Shown here one piece after another: positions 43,300-54,248 of a stretch of 64,000 bases of DNA (its first letter is position 1; each line of letters starts with the position of its first letter). The DNA comes from an uncultured Nitrospinota bacterium (GTDB lineage: Bacteria > Tectomicrobia > Entotheonellia > J063 > CAVPRW01): contig CAVPRW010000024.1 in the NCBI GenBank assembly GCA_963707985.1, positions 32,001-96,000 of the forward strand. The letters run 5' to 3'. The position numbers were made by a program, and so were the translations under genes. The notes below the pieces were generated by a model. That model searched no databases. It was not told the DNA's origin and saw nothing but the letters and a program-made list of their open reading frames with translations.

Positions 43300-43899
43300 A
43301 GCATAGAGCCCGCCGAATCGTCCCTTTTCGTCAAAGGGACGATTCGGCCGAGTGACGCATACAGACCAAGGTGCATCTGTCCCAAACGGGTTAGCTTTAC
43401 TCCCCATTCTTTAGCGCGTGGTCTTGGCGAATCGGGCACACACCTCAGACCAGCACTCCCTCGCACTGGAGGCCGTCGGGCGCTTTGCTGGCGGTCGCCC
43501 CCACCATGGTGGTATTGTGGCGGCTGGTGTGCGGTGCAAGGTACGATGCAGGCTGTCCAGCGGACGCGCCACACTCGTGGGCGTGACTCTTCTCTTAAAT
43601 GGACACCATTCCTGATGATCGGGGGGTTCCGCTCATCTCGCGGCCCGTTAGGTTCCCTTGCCAATAGTCCCTGCAAATCATAAGGCAATAATGACCCATG
43701 AAGCGTTTGGTAGCCCACTTCACCATAACACTTGCTGCACCCATCCTGGTCGAAGATAGGCGAGGTGCCATACACGCTTTCAAGGTTGCGCACGACGCAT
43801 ACTAAGACGCATACTAAGTTGAGGTAACGTGGGGGGAGAAAACATTTCGTCCTGCATAGGGAAGCCGGGTTCGCGCAGGCCTTGTGACGGAATATCCCG

Positions 43900-44095
43900 C
43901 CTAAATATCTCTGTGAGTCAGCCAGAAACGGAGCTTTATCCGGAAGGCGCAGACGAACGCTCCAAGACTTGCTGGCTGAGATCTACGGCTGGTTCGACGA
44001 ACGCTCCAAGAATTGCTGGCTGAGATCTACGGCTGGTTCACTGAGGGGTTCCACACAGCAGAGATGGAACAGGCCACGACGCTACTTAGAGTAGC
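43900..44095 (+). pseudogene. C-terminal remnant of an AAA-ATPase/TPR (adenylate cyclase-associated) protein, containing a 44-bp tandem duplication
   Basis: LLAEIYGWFTEGFHTAEMEQATTLL matches the family tail 'IYGWFTEGFDTADL'; repeat copies at 43952-43995 and 43996-44039, one mismatch. Confidence 0.7.
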
Positions 44096-44166
44096 GTCGT
44101 GAAATTTGATCCGCATCCGAGGCCACTGGGTGGTATCTCCTTGCAGATATGTGCTAAGCTTGCTCT

Positions 44167-44430
44167 ATGGCTAGGGGTCAGGACCTACTCACACGCATGC
44201 AGCAGACGCCCTTTGGTTGGGGGCAGGACGACTTTCGGCGCTTGTATCGTGCATATGGATTTGAGGTTATCGAAGGGGGACGGCATATCGTTGTGCGGCA
44301 TCCAACCTATCCGGATCTCAACACGACCGTCGCAAGGCATCAGGAGTTAGCCCCTGCCTATGCACGAACGGCTGTGCGACTCATTGAAGAACTGCTCCGA
44401 CGCACAGCCGAGCGGGGCTCGAAGGAGTGA
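44167..44430 (+). CDS. hicA: HicA-family toxin
   Basis: 87 aa; YGFEVIEGGRHIVVRHP...TVARH...PAYAR; directly upstream of a HicB-like gene. Confidence 0.8.
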   Translation: MARGQDLLTRMQQTPFGWGQDDFRRLYRAYGFEVIEGGRHIVVRHPTYPDLNTTVARHQELAPAYARTAVRLIEELLRRTAERGSKE

Positions 44431-44438
44431 GATAAGCC

Positions 44439-44693
44439 ATGAAGGACGCCCAATATTATGACTCCCTTCCCTGGGAAATCCGCATTGAGCGGGACCTCCG
44501 GCAGGATGGCGCGGTATACTATATCGCGCGTCATCCGGAGTTTGGGGATATCTCTGGACCCGTGGGCACCGGTAGTTCCCCCGAAGAGGCGCTGGCAGAC
44601 TTACGAGAGGCAAGGCAATGCCTGATCGGCGTTCTGTTAGAGCGTGGCGATCCCATTCCAGAACCCGGACCAGTGAAGACTGCTGTAGCCTAG
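44439..44693 (+). CDS. hicB: HicB-family antitoxin
   Basis: YIARHPEF...GSSPEEALADLREA...GDPIPEP. Confidence 0.85.
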   Translation: MKDAQYYDSLPWEIRIERDLRQDGAVYYIARHPEFGDISGPVGTGSSPEEALADLREARQCLIGVLLERGDPIPEPGPVKTAVA

Positions 44694-44741
44694 CTTTCAG
44701 CATCTACTCCGCTTGCAGGAGCAGCGGAGAGGACACGGCCC

Positions 44742-44795
44742 GAACACCTCGATCAGCAACTGACGGCTATGAAGCACACTCGCGAATTGCACGAG
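44742..44795 (+). pseudogene. ureF: Fragment of a second ureF copy
   Basis: EHLDQQLTAMKHTRELHE versus ERLDQHLTAMKHARELRE at 42595-42648; DNA clearly homologous. Confidence 0.8.
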
Positions 44796-44874
44796 CCACG
44801 TGTAAGAACGGGGCAGCGGCAGCCGAGCCTCCCAGTAGGAGAGGAGGAAAACAGCGCGAGCGGGAGTCTCATCC

Positions 44875-45510
44875 ATGCCAAACACCTGCGTTAAAATCGG
44901 TGTCGGCGGGCCGGTAGGCTCGGGGAAAACCGCCTTGCTCGATACCCTCTGCAAACGCTTACGCCAACGCTACGCCATGGCTGTTATCACCAACGATATT
45001 TATACCCGTGAGGATGCCGAGTTTCTCATCCGTAGCGGTGCGCTCCCCACTGAGCGCATTATGGGGGTGGAGACCGGTGGCTGCCCACATACGGCCATTC
45101 GCGAGGATGCATCGATCAATATCGATGCCGTCGAGCGCATGTTAGCACGTTTTCCCGATCTCGATCTCGTGTTCGTCGAGAGCAGTGGCGACAACCTGGC
45201 CGCCTCGTTCAGCCCCGAGTTGGTCGATGTCTCGATCTGCGTCATCGACGTCGCCGGCGGCGATAAAATCCCGCGCAAGGGAGGGCCGGGCGTGACCCGT
45301 TCCGACCTCCTGGTGATCAATAAGATCGACCTCGCCCCGGCCATGGGTGCCGATCTCGCGGTGATGCACCGCGATGCAAAGAAAATGCGCCGCGATGCAA
45401 AGAAAATGCGCCGCGACCGCCCGTTTGACTTCACCAACCTGAAGACCGACGAAGGCGTCGGTGAGATCATTGCCTGGACCACACGCGACATGTTGTTCAT
45501 CACACCGTGA
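44875..45510 (+). CDS. ureG: Urease accessory GTPase UreG (with a 7-aa tandem duplication)
   Basis: [18 protein letters not shown]; 21-bp repeat at 45369-45410. Confidence 0.93.
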   Translation: MPNTCVKIGVGGPVGSGKTALLDTLCKRLRQRYAMAVITNDIYTREDAEFLIRSGALPTERIMGVETGGCPHTAIREDASINIDAVERMLARFPDLDLVFVESSGDNLAASFSPELVDVSICVIDVAGGDKIPRKGGPGVTRSDLLVINKIDLAPAMGADLAVMHRDAKKMRRDAKKMRRDRPFDFTNLKTDEGVGEIIAWTTRDMLFITP

Positions 45511-45517
45511 TCACCTG

Positions 45518-46345
45518 ATGAGCGCTGCAGGACGCCATGGACGCGCTGAGCTGTACTTCGCTCGACATGGTCAGCGGACCATCCTCTACCATCAATATGC
45601 TGCTGTCCCCGCTCAGATCATCCGCCCGTTCTATACCCCAGACGATGAGCGTGCCTATGTCTTTCTGCTGACTCCGACAGGTGGGATGCTGGGGGGTGAT
45701 CGACTGGATATCCACATTGTGCTAGAGCCAGACGCAAAAGTCTGCTTGACCACTGCGTCGGCGACGAAGGTGCATCCTTCTGCTGATCTTCCGGCAGAGC
45801 AGTCCCTGCGCATCGATCTCAGTGCCGGAAGCTCCCTGGAATATCTCCCTGAGCCGACGATTCTCTTTCGAGCGGCACGGTGGCGACAGCGTACGGTCGT
45901 GCATCGGGATACCGATAGCCGCCTGTTGTTCAACGAGGGTTGGAGCGCTGGACGCGTGGCTCGACAGGAGGTTTTCGCGTTCTCCACCCTGGACACCTCG
46001 GTTGAAGTGTATACCGCTGATCGTCTCTCAGTCTTCGATCGGATGCACGTCCTCCCCGCCAGCTATCCTTACCAGCAGCTTGGCCTATGGGCGGCTCGCC
46101 CACACCTGATGACGGTGTGCCTATTACAAAGGGCCCATCCGCCGGCAAGCTGGCTCCAAGCCGTTCAGGCTGAGCTGACCACCAAGCGTGGCCTCATCGG
46201 CCTGAGTCAGCTGACAGCACCGGGCTTTGTCGCCCGCATCCTGGCCGATGATGATGAGGCTATGACCCATGTAGCCCATTGCCTGTGGCAAAAAATCCGC
46301 ACAGACCTATGGGGTGAGCCCTGGAGTCCCTGGCGGAAGCTCTAA
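45518..46345 (+). CDS. ureD: Urease accessory protein UreD/UreH
   Basis: PTGGMLGGD, LTTASATKV, LEYLPEPTI, WRKL tail. Confidence 0.92.
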   Translation: MSAAGRHGRAELYFARHGQRTILYHQYAAVPAQIIRPFYTPDDERAYVFLLTPTGGMLGGDRLDIHIVLEPDAKVCLTTASATKVHPSADLPAEQSLRIDLSAGSSLEYLPEPTILFRAARWRQRTVVHRDTDSRLLFNEGWSAGRVARQEVFAFSTLDTSVEVYTADRLSVFDRMHVLPASYPYQQLGLWAARPHLMTVCLLQRAHPPASWLQAVQAELTTKRGLIGLSQLTAPGFVARILADDDEAMTHVAHCLWQKIRTDLWGEPWSPWRKL

Positions 46346-46517
46346 ACACTGAGCGAATCGCCAGCATTGGCGGCCCTCCGCGAGCCAATCAAGAATTACC
46401 CCCCACAGCCTATACATCGATCATACCCTTATCCCAGTTTTCCAACCATCGACGACCAGATGTGTCCGGGACGAACGCCAACAACCCTGGAAGACCTGAC
46501 GGATCCAAGGAGCAATC

Positions 46518-49428
46518 ATGATGTAACCCAATCATCACAAAGCGGCCTTTGAAGGGCACCATATCAAATCAAAGATGTTCTTGGCATTGTCGCTTACCTC
46601 TGTCATTCCACTCCTCATCCTGACCTATATCTTGCACGTCTATGTCATCCCGCTCTTGGATGCGAGTACGAACGGGATACTGATCGGATCCTGGCAAGGG
46701 CTGCTCATCTGCACTGGACTACTGATGGCCGGAGGTGCGTATGTCATCTGGGATGTCGCAGCCGCTGTGGTGCGTACCGCACAGCTGGTCGCCAACGCCT
46801 CGCAAGCCATGGGTGCGGAAGGACGCTCGGACGAAATCGGCGTGTTAATGACCTCCTTCTCACGCATGCTGACAACCATTGAGGACCAGGCTACCCAAAT
46901 AAACACCTTCGCGGCTGAGCTTGACTCAGCCTACAAAGACCTTGAAGCGACGAACAGTCGTCTGAAAGATTTGTCGTTCAAGGATGAAGTGACGGACCTC
47001 TATAACCGACGCTTCTTTTTCATTCGGCTCCGTTAGAAAAAGGAATGACCGCGACCTTGCCGACTTTGTAAGCTATGGTTAAATTGGCACGTTTGTGACG
47101 ACCCCTGCCGGAGGGGTCAACAAGAATCCCGCCAATCTTATACTCGATCATTTCTCTCCACTCGGCAAAGTCTATGACAGGCAATCTTTTGCGGAATGTA
47201 GCTAACCGACATTGAGCAACCCTCTCCGGGAGAAATTTGATACAAGACGGCAGACCTCATGACCAAACAAACGGAGGATGTTAATCTGCACATCATGAAG
47301 ACCTTCCATGAGATCATGCCTCTGCCCTGGCACCATCATGCGGACCCGGTGAATGCCTTCGAACAGCTGGAAGATCCAACGTCAGGTGGGCGACGGTGTG
47401 GGTTGATTGATGTGGTTCGGCACGGTCTCCTGGTGCTGGGCTCATGGCTGTCGAAGTCGACGTGGCGTCACGGAGTAGACCAGTAACGCCAGGGTCATCA
47501 CCATGAGCAACCCTTCACTCCGGTTGGGTTGTTTGACAAACAACGACGAGACGAACAACCGCGGGTCGTTGAGCCACCGAAAGCCCCCTGCACCGTGCGC
47601 TTGACCTTTGTCGGCAACGATGACCTCGGCATGGCGTACCTCGCTGGCGGCGATAGTGGTGCCAAGGACATCGCAGGCCTTGGCTGGCTTGTCCTGGCCA
47701 ATCGTGTCGTCATCCGCATGGCCTTGAGCCTGGATGTGCCACTCGACGGCCTTGAGGGCCGTGCGCGGTGTGGGACGGCCTTGGCCAGCGTCGCGTGTGT
47801 AGTGCGTCAGCTGAGAGGACTCAACGCGGTGAGACCGCCAGCGCTTGGCCAACCCCGCGAGGGCCTCTTGAGCGGCTTCGGGGGCGCAAAAGCGTGGGGC
47901 TTGCAGGTGAAAGAGCGGCTGGGTGATGGCCTCGTATGCGCGCTGTGTGGCGTGGTGGAGCGTGGCGTCGGCACGTTCAAGAGCGGCCCGTGAAGACACC
48001 ACCAGCCCCCGCTGGGCCATGCCATCGTGACACCACTCAAGAGACTGAGAGCGGGTGTCGTCGTCAACAGGCTGCCAGGTGTCCTGCTGGAGCGCTTGGC
48101 GAATGACCTGCGACACCAACGTGAGGGTCGCTGGCAGACGGGTGATCAAGCCCAGCTGGGCCAGATGGGCGGCATGGTCCTCACCGTCGAGTGTGGCATC
48201 GGCGACCAGATCGCGTGGGCGGGGCGGGTCCTTGACGGCGCTCCCCAACGCCTGCGCCCGCGCCTGGAACACCCGGGTGTCGGCGGTGTTGCCGTCCCCA
48301 CTCGTGCGCACACAGGGGACGCCCCCGTCTTGAGCCACGATCCGTTCCCACACCGCCTGCTGCAGGTCCGGCCGGTGGTCTTTCGAGTCGCCGTGGGGTC
48401 GGCGCATGGCGTGCTCGTCGCGATCAGGCACAGACTCGCCGGTGAGGGCAAAGCTGGTCGTGTCGAGATGATTGAAGCGCCGATCCATGCCTTCGTGAGC
48501 ACCGATCGCACGTGCTAGCTCCTCACACCACACGTCGCAGCCATAGGCATAGACTTCATCGCGTGTGCGGCCACGCTTGAAACGGTTGAACATCTCGGCA
48601 TCGATGCCTTCACGAACACAAGAGATCGAGGGGGTTGTTGGCAAAAAACTGCGGCGTTCACGATCAGGGCCGATGGGCAAAGCCCACGCCAGTGAGGATC
48701 ATTCCGGCCACGGCTTCGCCCGGCGTCATCACTGCTTGATCATCTGGCACGAGCCGTCTGTTCAGCATGTTCATCAGCCCTCAGTCGTGGATAGGAGCAG
48801 CCATCACGCCTATGTGATCGAGACGCTCGACGCGAACCTGTTCCATGTGACAACCCTCCCCTGAAGCTTCTTGATGCCGTCAAGCCTGCAGCGGAGGATC
48901 AACGATTTTGTCTCTCTAAGCACCTGCTCAATGTCGGTTAGAGGCATTGGGTTTTCCTAAATTCATGAAGAGGAAATCAGCCGCTTTCATCGGTTCGGGC
49001 ACCCCCTCTCGATTGTTTTCCTCGACCTCGACGACTTCAAAGCGGTGAATGATGAGCTGGGCCACACAGCCGGGGATGAAACCTTGCGAGAGGTCGCCCA
49101 GCTCATGCAGAAACGGTCGCGTTCGGACAATATTATGGCACGCTATGGCGGCGACGAATTCGCTATCTTACTGGTGGAAACGCCGCAGTCTGGGGCATCT
49201 TGTTACGCCGAGCGCATCCGCCAAGCATTGGCCGATTTCTCCTTCAGCCACTCCCGGCACATCACTGCCAGCTTTGGGATTGCGAGTCTGCCTGAGGACT
49301 GTCCTGCCTCCTCTGAGGCGTTGATCCGTGATGCCGATGAAGCCCTCTATGCCGCTAAGCGGCATGGCAAAAACGGTGTTGCTAGCTACGAGCCAGAGAT
49401 GACCTTTGCACTCTCCCCACAGAGTTAA
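46518..49428 (+). pseudogene. Membrane HAMP-GGDEF diguanylate cyclase interrupted by insertion(s)
   Basis: RBS AAGGAG, then ATG-ATG-TAA; the 5' part ends DEVTDLYNRRFFFIRL at ~47030 and resumes EEEISRF...DLDDFKAVND...RYGGDEF at ~48967. Confidence 0.88.
47202..48941 (-). mobile_element. IS1634-family element with a dead transposase (ATG at 48846)
   Basis: Perfect 17-bp inverted ends CTAACCGACATTGAGCA; transposase motifs VERLDH, HLDTTSF, SKDHRPDL, GFR..DP; internal TGA stops and frameshifts. Confidence 0.9.
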
Positions 49429-49744
49429 CCACGTTCGCGTCCCGTTTGGCGTATTTTCCCCGGACTTCCCCACATCCTCTTTTTCTGCAACGTTCCCCCG
49501 TGTGCTGCCGTCGCACCTGCGGCAGAACTTGACTTGTGATCCCTGCATTTCCCGCGATGACCTGTCAGCGATCGACTGATTCTTGTCGTCCTCGACAGTA
49601 TGGTAAAATGGCTCTCAGCCGTGAGGGCATCACTCGCCAGCCTCATGCGCTGACGTGGTCTTAGGTGATCCAGGGAGGGGATATGCTGACCTGACGTCAC
49701 TTCCTCTTATAGAGGGTCATGGTGTTAAGGAATGGAGGGAAGTC

Positions 49745-50749
49745 GTGGCTCACTCCTTTGGGCTCATTTTACCGAATCGTGCTGTCATCCTGGGCGCCGT
49801 CACGGTACGGGATCTCCTGGATTTAACCACACAATGCGAGGTCTCAGGCGCTTTTGACACCATCTGGGTTGGGGATAGCCTCCTGGCCAAGCCCCGTTTG
49901 GAGTCTGTGACGCTGTTGTCGGCCCTGGCAGCCATCACGACGCGGGTTCGCCTTGGGGTGGGCTGCATGGCGACCTTCGCGCACCGCCACCCGGTGCTGT
50001 TGGCCCAGCAGTGGGCCAGCCTCGATGTGTTGTCGAATGGCCGGTCATGGCTGGTGGTCTGCCTTGGGGGACCAAATGAGGCGGGAGCGGCTCAAGCACT
50101 CGAACACGCCGCCATGGGCATTCAAGCCCGTGAACGGATCGGCCGCCTCGAAGAAGGCATCACGATACTCCGCAAACTTTTTCATGACACGCAGGCGTCG
50201 CATCAGGGTCGCTATTACCAATTTGCCGGTGTAACGTTGCAACCATCGCCGGTGCAGGCTCCTTGTCCGATCTGGATCGCCAGTAACCCGACCGGATTGA
50301 CCTGGCAAGGCGGCGCCAGTGCCTCCGAAGCAGTGATTGAGCGCAGCTTCCGGCGTGTGGCCCGTTATGCGGATGGCTGGATGACCAATAAGGTCACACC
50401 AGAGCAATTCCGCCAACAGTGGAGACGCATCACCGCAATGGCGCGTGAGGAGGGACGCGATGTCGCAAAACTCGGCAACGCTCTCTATCACAACCTCAAT
50501 ATCAATGAGGACCGACAAGCCGCACTGGTTGAGAGCAAGACCTTCCTGGACAAGTATTATGCGGCCAATTTCAGTCCAGCATTCGTCGAGGGGTGGACGG
50601 CAGCTGGAAGCCCAAAGCAATGCATCGAGGAATTGCAGGCCTACGTCGACGCTGGTGTGCAGCACCTATCCTTGCGCTTGACCTCATGGGACCAGCAGGG
50701 CCAGCTGCAGCGTTTTCTGGACGAGGTGGCGCCAGCGTTTGCGGCCTGA
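49745..50749 (+). CDS. LLM-class flavin-dependent oxidoreductase
   Basis: IWVGDSLLAKPRLE, TTRVRLG, WASLDVLSNGR, RVARYADGW. Confidence 0.92.
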   Translation: MAHSFGLILPNRAVILGAVTVRDLLDLTTQCEVSGAFDTIWVGDSLLAKPRLESVTLLSALAAITTRVRLGVGCMATFAHRHPVLLAQQWASLDVLSNGRSWLVVCLGGPNEAGAAQALEHAAMGIQARERIGRLEEGITILRKLFHDTQASHQGRYYQFAGVTLQPSPVQAPCPIWIASNPTGLTWQGGASASEAVIERSFRRVARYADGWMTNKVTPEQFRQQWRRITAMAREEGRDVAKLGNALYHNLNINEDRQAALVESKTFLDKYYAANFSPAFVEGWTAAGSPKQCIEELQAYVDAGVQHLSLRLTSWDQQGQLQRFLDEVAPAFAA

Positions 50750-51072
50750 CCTCACGGAATAAGACCCTCATGTATGGCGTCTAGAAATCAATGCTGCAGC
50801 ACACTCCTGGCATACGAGTAGCAGGTAGCTCCACACTTAACCGTGGTCATGAGCACTACCGCTCTAGCACCCGTGCTGGCGTGCGTGGGCCTGCATTAGT
50901 CGCCACGCCGCAGAGTTGATCCCGGCCGCGGCCCCCCGCGTCAGCGCGGTTGACGACACTACCAACACCTGGCCAGCCGATCGCCGGTGTGGCGTGCTCT
51001 CGCTACGGGGCCGGCACGTCGCACCCTAAGCATCTCGGAGCCTGCGGCGCTTGCACGTTGTGCTCGGAGTCA

Positions 51073-53004
51073 TCAAATACTGTCCCGATTCGGTGCCATA
51101 AAGGCAGCTACGGCTCGAAGCTCATGCGTCGTCGGGCACGGTGGGAGACTGGCGAGGAAGAGTCGGCCATACGGCTTCTGGCGTAAGCGGCTATCGAGGA
51201 TGGCCAACACCCCCCGGTCCTGCTTGGTACGGATCAAGCGGCCGAGGCCCTGTTTCAGGGTGATGATTGCGGTGGGGACCTGGTAGTCCAGAAAGGGATT
51301 GCCGCCGGCCTCGCGGATCGCGTCGATGCGCGCCTCAACGAGCGGCTCACTGGGAACTGCAAAGGGGAGTTTGTCGATAATGACGCAGCTCAGGGCCTCA
51401 CCCTGGACATCGATCCCTTGCCAAAAGCTGCTAGTCGCGAACAATACCGAATGCAGATCCGCTTTGAACGCATCGAGTAGGACACTCTTGGGAGCATCAC
51501 CCTGGCGCAAGCAGGTATAGGGGAGGTCATCGATAAGACGTTCATAAATTGCATGCATCATGCGAAAGCTGGTGAAGAGCACTAAGGCTCGACCCTCGGT
51601 AAGCTCCAGTAGCTGGCGGATGGATTCGGCCGCGGCACCGATGAAGTCAGGCGCACGGGGATCAGGCAGAGTGGTCGGAAGATAGAGAATGGTCTGACTG
51701 GCATATTCAAAGGGTGAATCCAACAACACCTCGTCGGCCTCGGGAATACCCAAGCGACCCTTGATAAACGTAAATGTCCGCCCAGTCGACAGCGTCGCGG
51801 AGGTCAAAATCATCGGCTGATGGTGACGGAATAAGCGTTCCTGTAATTCCTCTGCAACGTCGATGGGGGACGCCTGGAGAAAGATGCCGCGCCCACGCTG
51901 CTCAACCCAATAGACATAGCCGGGATTCTGCAGAGCACTGACAAATTCGACCTCGGCTGCCAGCACGGTTGCCCGTTGGGCGCAAGAGATGAGGCCTTCC
52001 GTAGGCTCCTGCACGTTGCTGAGCTGAGCGCCTAGCAGTGCCAAGCTATCGATGAGATCACTGGCGGCTTTGGCAAAGCCCTTCGGGACGCGGGAGGGTG
52101 CAAGCCTCTGGCGCTCACCTCGACCATCCATGAGGCGAAACAGCGCACCGCTCCGTTGCAGCAAATGATGGAGGGTCTGATCAGCGGGCGTTACATCCTG
52201 CTTGAGGGCTCGCAACTCTCGCTCCGTATCACGCGTCAACTCTTCAACGCGATAGTTGCTGACACCCATCCCAAAGTGTTGGGTGGCCACCTCTTCCAGG
52301 TGGTGTGCCTCATCGAAAATGACAGCATCATAACGTGGGATCACTTCGCCGTAGGAGGATTCTTTCAGGGCAAGGTCAGCGAAGAAGAGGTGGTGGTTGA
52401 CGATGATGATGTCGGCTGCCGCCGCCTCCTGGCGCATACGCGTGATGAAACAGCGGTTGTACCACTCACAACGTTGACCCAGGCAGGACTCACTGGTGGT
52501 GCAGAGTTCATTCCAGACAAACGCATCGTCAGGCAGGTCGGCTAATTCCGCGCGGTCGCCGGTGGCTGTCTCCTCAGCCCACTGCTCAAGACGCTGCAGC
52601 CAGACGCGATCCACCAACCCCGGCAGCACTGGCTGTTGCCGGAGCCTCTGCAAATGCCAAAGGCAGAGATAGTTTTGGCGCCCCTTCATGCAGGCGGCGC
52701 TGAAAGGACGCGGCAGCACCTGCTGCAGGAAGGGGATGTCCTTGGAGAAGATCTGCTCTTGCAGATTTTTTGTGCCGGTCGACACCACCACTTTGAGCCC
52801 GCTCAGAATCGCAGGAATGAGGTAGGCCAGGGTTTTACCAGTGCCGGTACCAGCCTCGACCAGCAGCGTCTGTCGCGCCTGTAACGCATCCCAGACGCGC
52901 GCACTCATCTCCCCTTGCTGGGGGCGCTCCTCGTAGTGGGAGAGCGCCTGTGCCAGCATGCCGCACGGGCCAAAAATCTGCTGCATGTCAAAGCGAGCAG
53001 TCAT
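51073..53004 (-). CDS. ATP-dependent DNA helicase DinG/YoaA
   Basis: EAGTGTGKT, Fe-S cysteines, [23 protein letters not shown]. Confidence 0.95.
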   Translation of the reverse strand: MTARFDMQQIFGPCGMLAQALSHYEERPQQGEMSARVWDALQARQTLLVEAGTGTGKTLAYLIPAILSGLKVVVSTGTKNLQEQIFSKDIPFLQQVLPRPFSAACMKGRQNYLCLWHLQRLRQQPVLPGLVDRVWLQRLEQWAEETATGDRAELADLPDDAFVWNELCTTSESCLGQRCEWYNRCFITRMRQEAAAADIIIVNHHLFFADLALKESSYGEVIPRYDAVIFDEAHHLEEVATQHFGMGVSNYRVEELTRDTERELRALKQDVTPADQTLHHLLQRSGALFRLMDGRGERQRLAPSRVPKGFAKAASDLIDSLALLGAQLSNVQEPTEGLISCAQRATVLAAEVEFVSALQNPGYVYWVEQRGRGIFLQASPIDVAEELQERLFRHHQPMILTSATLSTGRTFTFIKGRLGIPEADEVLLDSPFEYASQTILYLPTTLPDPRAPDFIGAAAESIRQLLELTEGRALVLFTSFRMMHAIYERLIDDLPYTCLRQGDAPKSVLLDAFKADLHSVLFATSSFWQGIDVQGEALSCVIIDKLPFAVPSEPLVEARIDAIREAGGNPFLDYQVPTAIITLKQGLGRLIRTKQDRGVLAILDSRLRQKPYGRLFLASLPPCPTTHELRAVAAFMAPNRDSI

Positions 53005-53009
53005 ATCAC

Positions 53010-54029
53010 CTATGAGGCTTTGCGCCCAGTCGCCTCAGCGACTTTCACCAGAGTGTCCATCATGACCTGGAAGTTGTCGGGTTTGAGGGCCTGTGGTCCG
53101 TCGCATAAGGCTTCCGCCGGACGCGGATGGACCTCCACCAATAAGCCGTCGGCTCCAGCAGCGATGGCTGCCAGGGCCATCGGTGCGACGTACCGCCAGT
53201 GGCCGCTACTGTGGCTCGGGTCGACGAAAACGGGCAGATGGCTTTCCTCCTTGAGTACTGGGACGGCGCTCAGATCCAACGTGAAGCGAGTCATCGTCTC
53301 GAACGTGCGGATGCCACGCTCGCACAGGATCACATTCGGGTTGCCTTCACTTAAAATATACTCCGCGGACATCAAAAATTCCTGGATCGTCGACGACATC
53401 CCACGCTTCAAGAACACTGGTTTGTTCGTTTTTCCAACGCGTTTCAAGAGCGGGAAATTCTGGGCATTGCGTGTACCAATCTGCAGCACGTCGGCGTATT
53501 GCGACACGAGATCGACGTCCTCCGGTGCCATCACCTCGGTGACGATGGGCAGGCCAGTAATCGCCCTGGCCTCCACCAGCAGCTTCAATCCATCCTCACC
53601 CATGCCTTGGAACGAGTAGGGGGAGGTGCGTGGTTTGAACGCGCCGCCACGCAGCAGCCTGGCGCCGGCCGACTGCACGGCGACAGCGGTCTCCATGACT
53701 TGCTCCCGGGTTTCCACGGAGCACGGTCCGGCGGCGACGACGACGCGATCCCCGCCGATCTGTACCCCATCGATGTTGAGCACCGTGCGCCCCATCTTGA
53801 CCTGTCGACTAGCTAATTTGTACGGCTTCAAGATGGGCACGATGCTCTCCACGCCAGCCATGGCCTCCAAGGACTGTAGCCGGGGTTTCGTACGCTCATC
53901 CCCAATGCAGCCGATGACGCAACGCTCGACTCCCTGGCTCACATGCGCCGTGAACCCCATGTCTTTAATGCGCCCGATCACCGCCCCGACTTCGTCCTCT
54001 GTTGCTCCTGCTTTCATGATGACGATCAT
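53010..54029 (-). CDS. aroF: 3-deoxy-7-phosphoheptulonate (DAHP) synthase, type I-beta with N-terminal regulatory domain
   Basis: [40 protein letters not shown]. Confidence 0.96.
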   Translation of the reverse strand: MIVIMKAGATEDEVGAVIGRIKDMGFTAHVSQGVERCVIGCIGDERTKPRLQSLEAMAGVESIVPILKPYKLASRQVKMGRTVLNIDGVQIGGDRVVVAAGPCSVETREQVMETAVAVQSAGARLLRGGAFKPRTSPYSFQGMGEDGLKLLVEARAITGLPIVTEVMAPEDVDLVSQYADVLQIGTRNAQNFPLLKRVGKTNKPVFLKRGMSSTIQEFLMSAEYILSEGNPNVILCERGIRTFETMTRFTLDLSAVPVLKEESHLPVFVDPSHSSGHWRYVAPMALAAIAAGADGLLVEVHPRPAEALCDGPQALKPDNFQVMMDTLVKVAEATGRKAS

Positions 54030-54078
54030 CTGCCTTCTCCCCGTTGATGGCTTTCAATGATAAGCCCGCTGACACAAC

Positions 54079-54116
54079 AAAAAAAAAGCCGCTGGCTGTA
54101 ATTTCAGCCCACGGCT
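54079..54116 (-). terminator. Attenuator terminator hairpin upstream of aroF
   Basis: Minus strand AGCCGtgGGCTG-aaatta-CAGCCagCGGCT followed by a long T run, ~50 nt before the aroF start. Confidence 0.88.
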
Positions 54117-54152
54117 CGTACGAAACTCTGATAAAACCCGGTGATAGGCGAG

Positions 54153-54248
54153 TTACGCCAAGACGATGGGCTGCCGTATGGTACTAAAATAGTACCAATA
54201 ATAGCAGCAGTAGGCCCTCTGGTAATAGTAGTATAGGAGGGTCCCCAT
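54153..54248 (-). CDS. Tyr-rich leader peptide (31 aa) of the aroF attenuator
   Basis: MGTLLYYYYQRAYCCYYWYYFSTIRQPIVLA*; 9 Tyr, 1 Trp, 1 Phe; an alternative in-frame ATG at 54272. Confidence 0.85.
   Translation of the reverse strand: MGTLLYYYYQRAYCCYYWYYFSTIRQPIVLA

Noticed and set aside
43260..43793. 177-aa minus-strand ORF
   Set aside because: No recognisable motif or RBS and it overlaps the ureG remnant; left uncalled.
43952..44039. Possible CRISPR or att repeat
   Set aside because: Two abutting copies with no spacer, inside a protein remnant; a simple tandem duplication.
47382..48783. TGA recoding (Sec/Trp/Gly) in the transposase
   Set aside because: TGA terminates normal genes in this window, the stops fall at expected Leu positions, and the gene also has frameshifts and lost conserved residues.
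47529..48864. Plus-strand ORFs inside the IS
   Set aside because: Antisense shadows of the transposase with no recognisable protein features.
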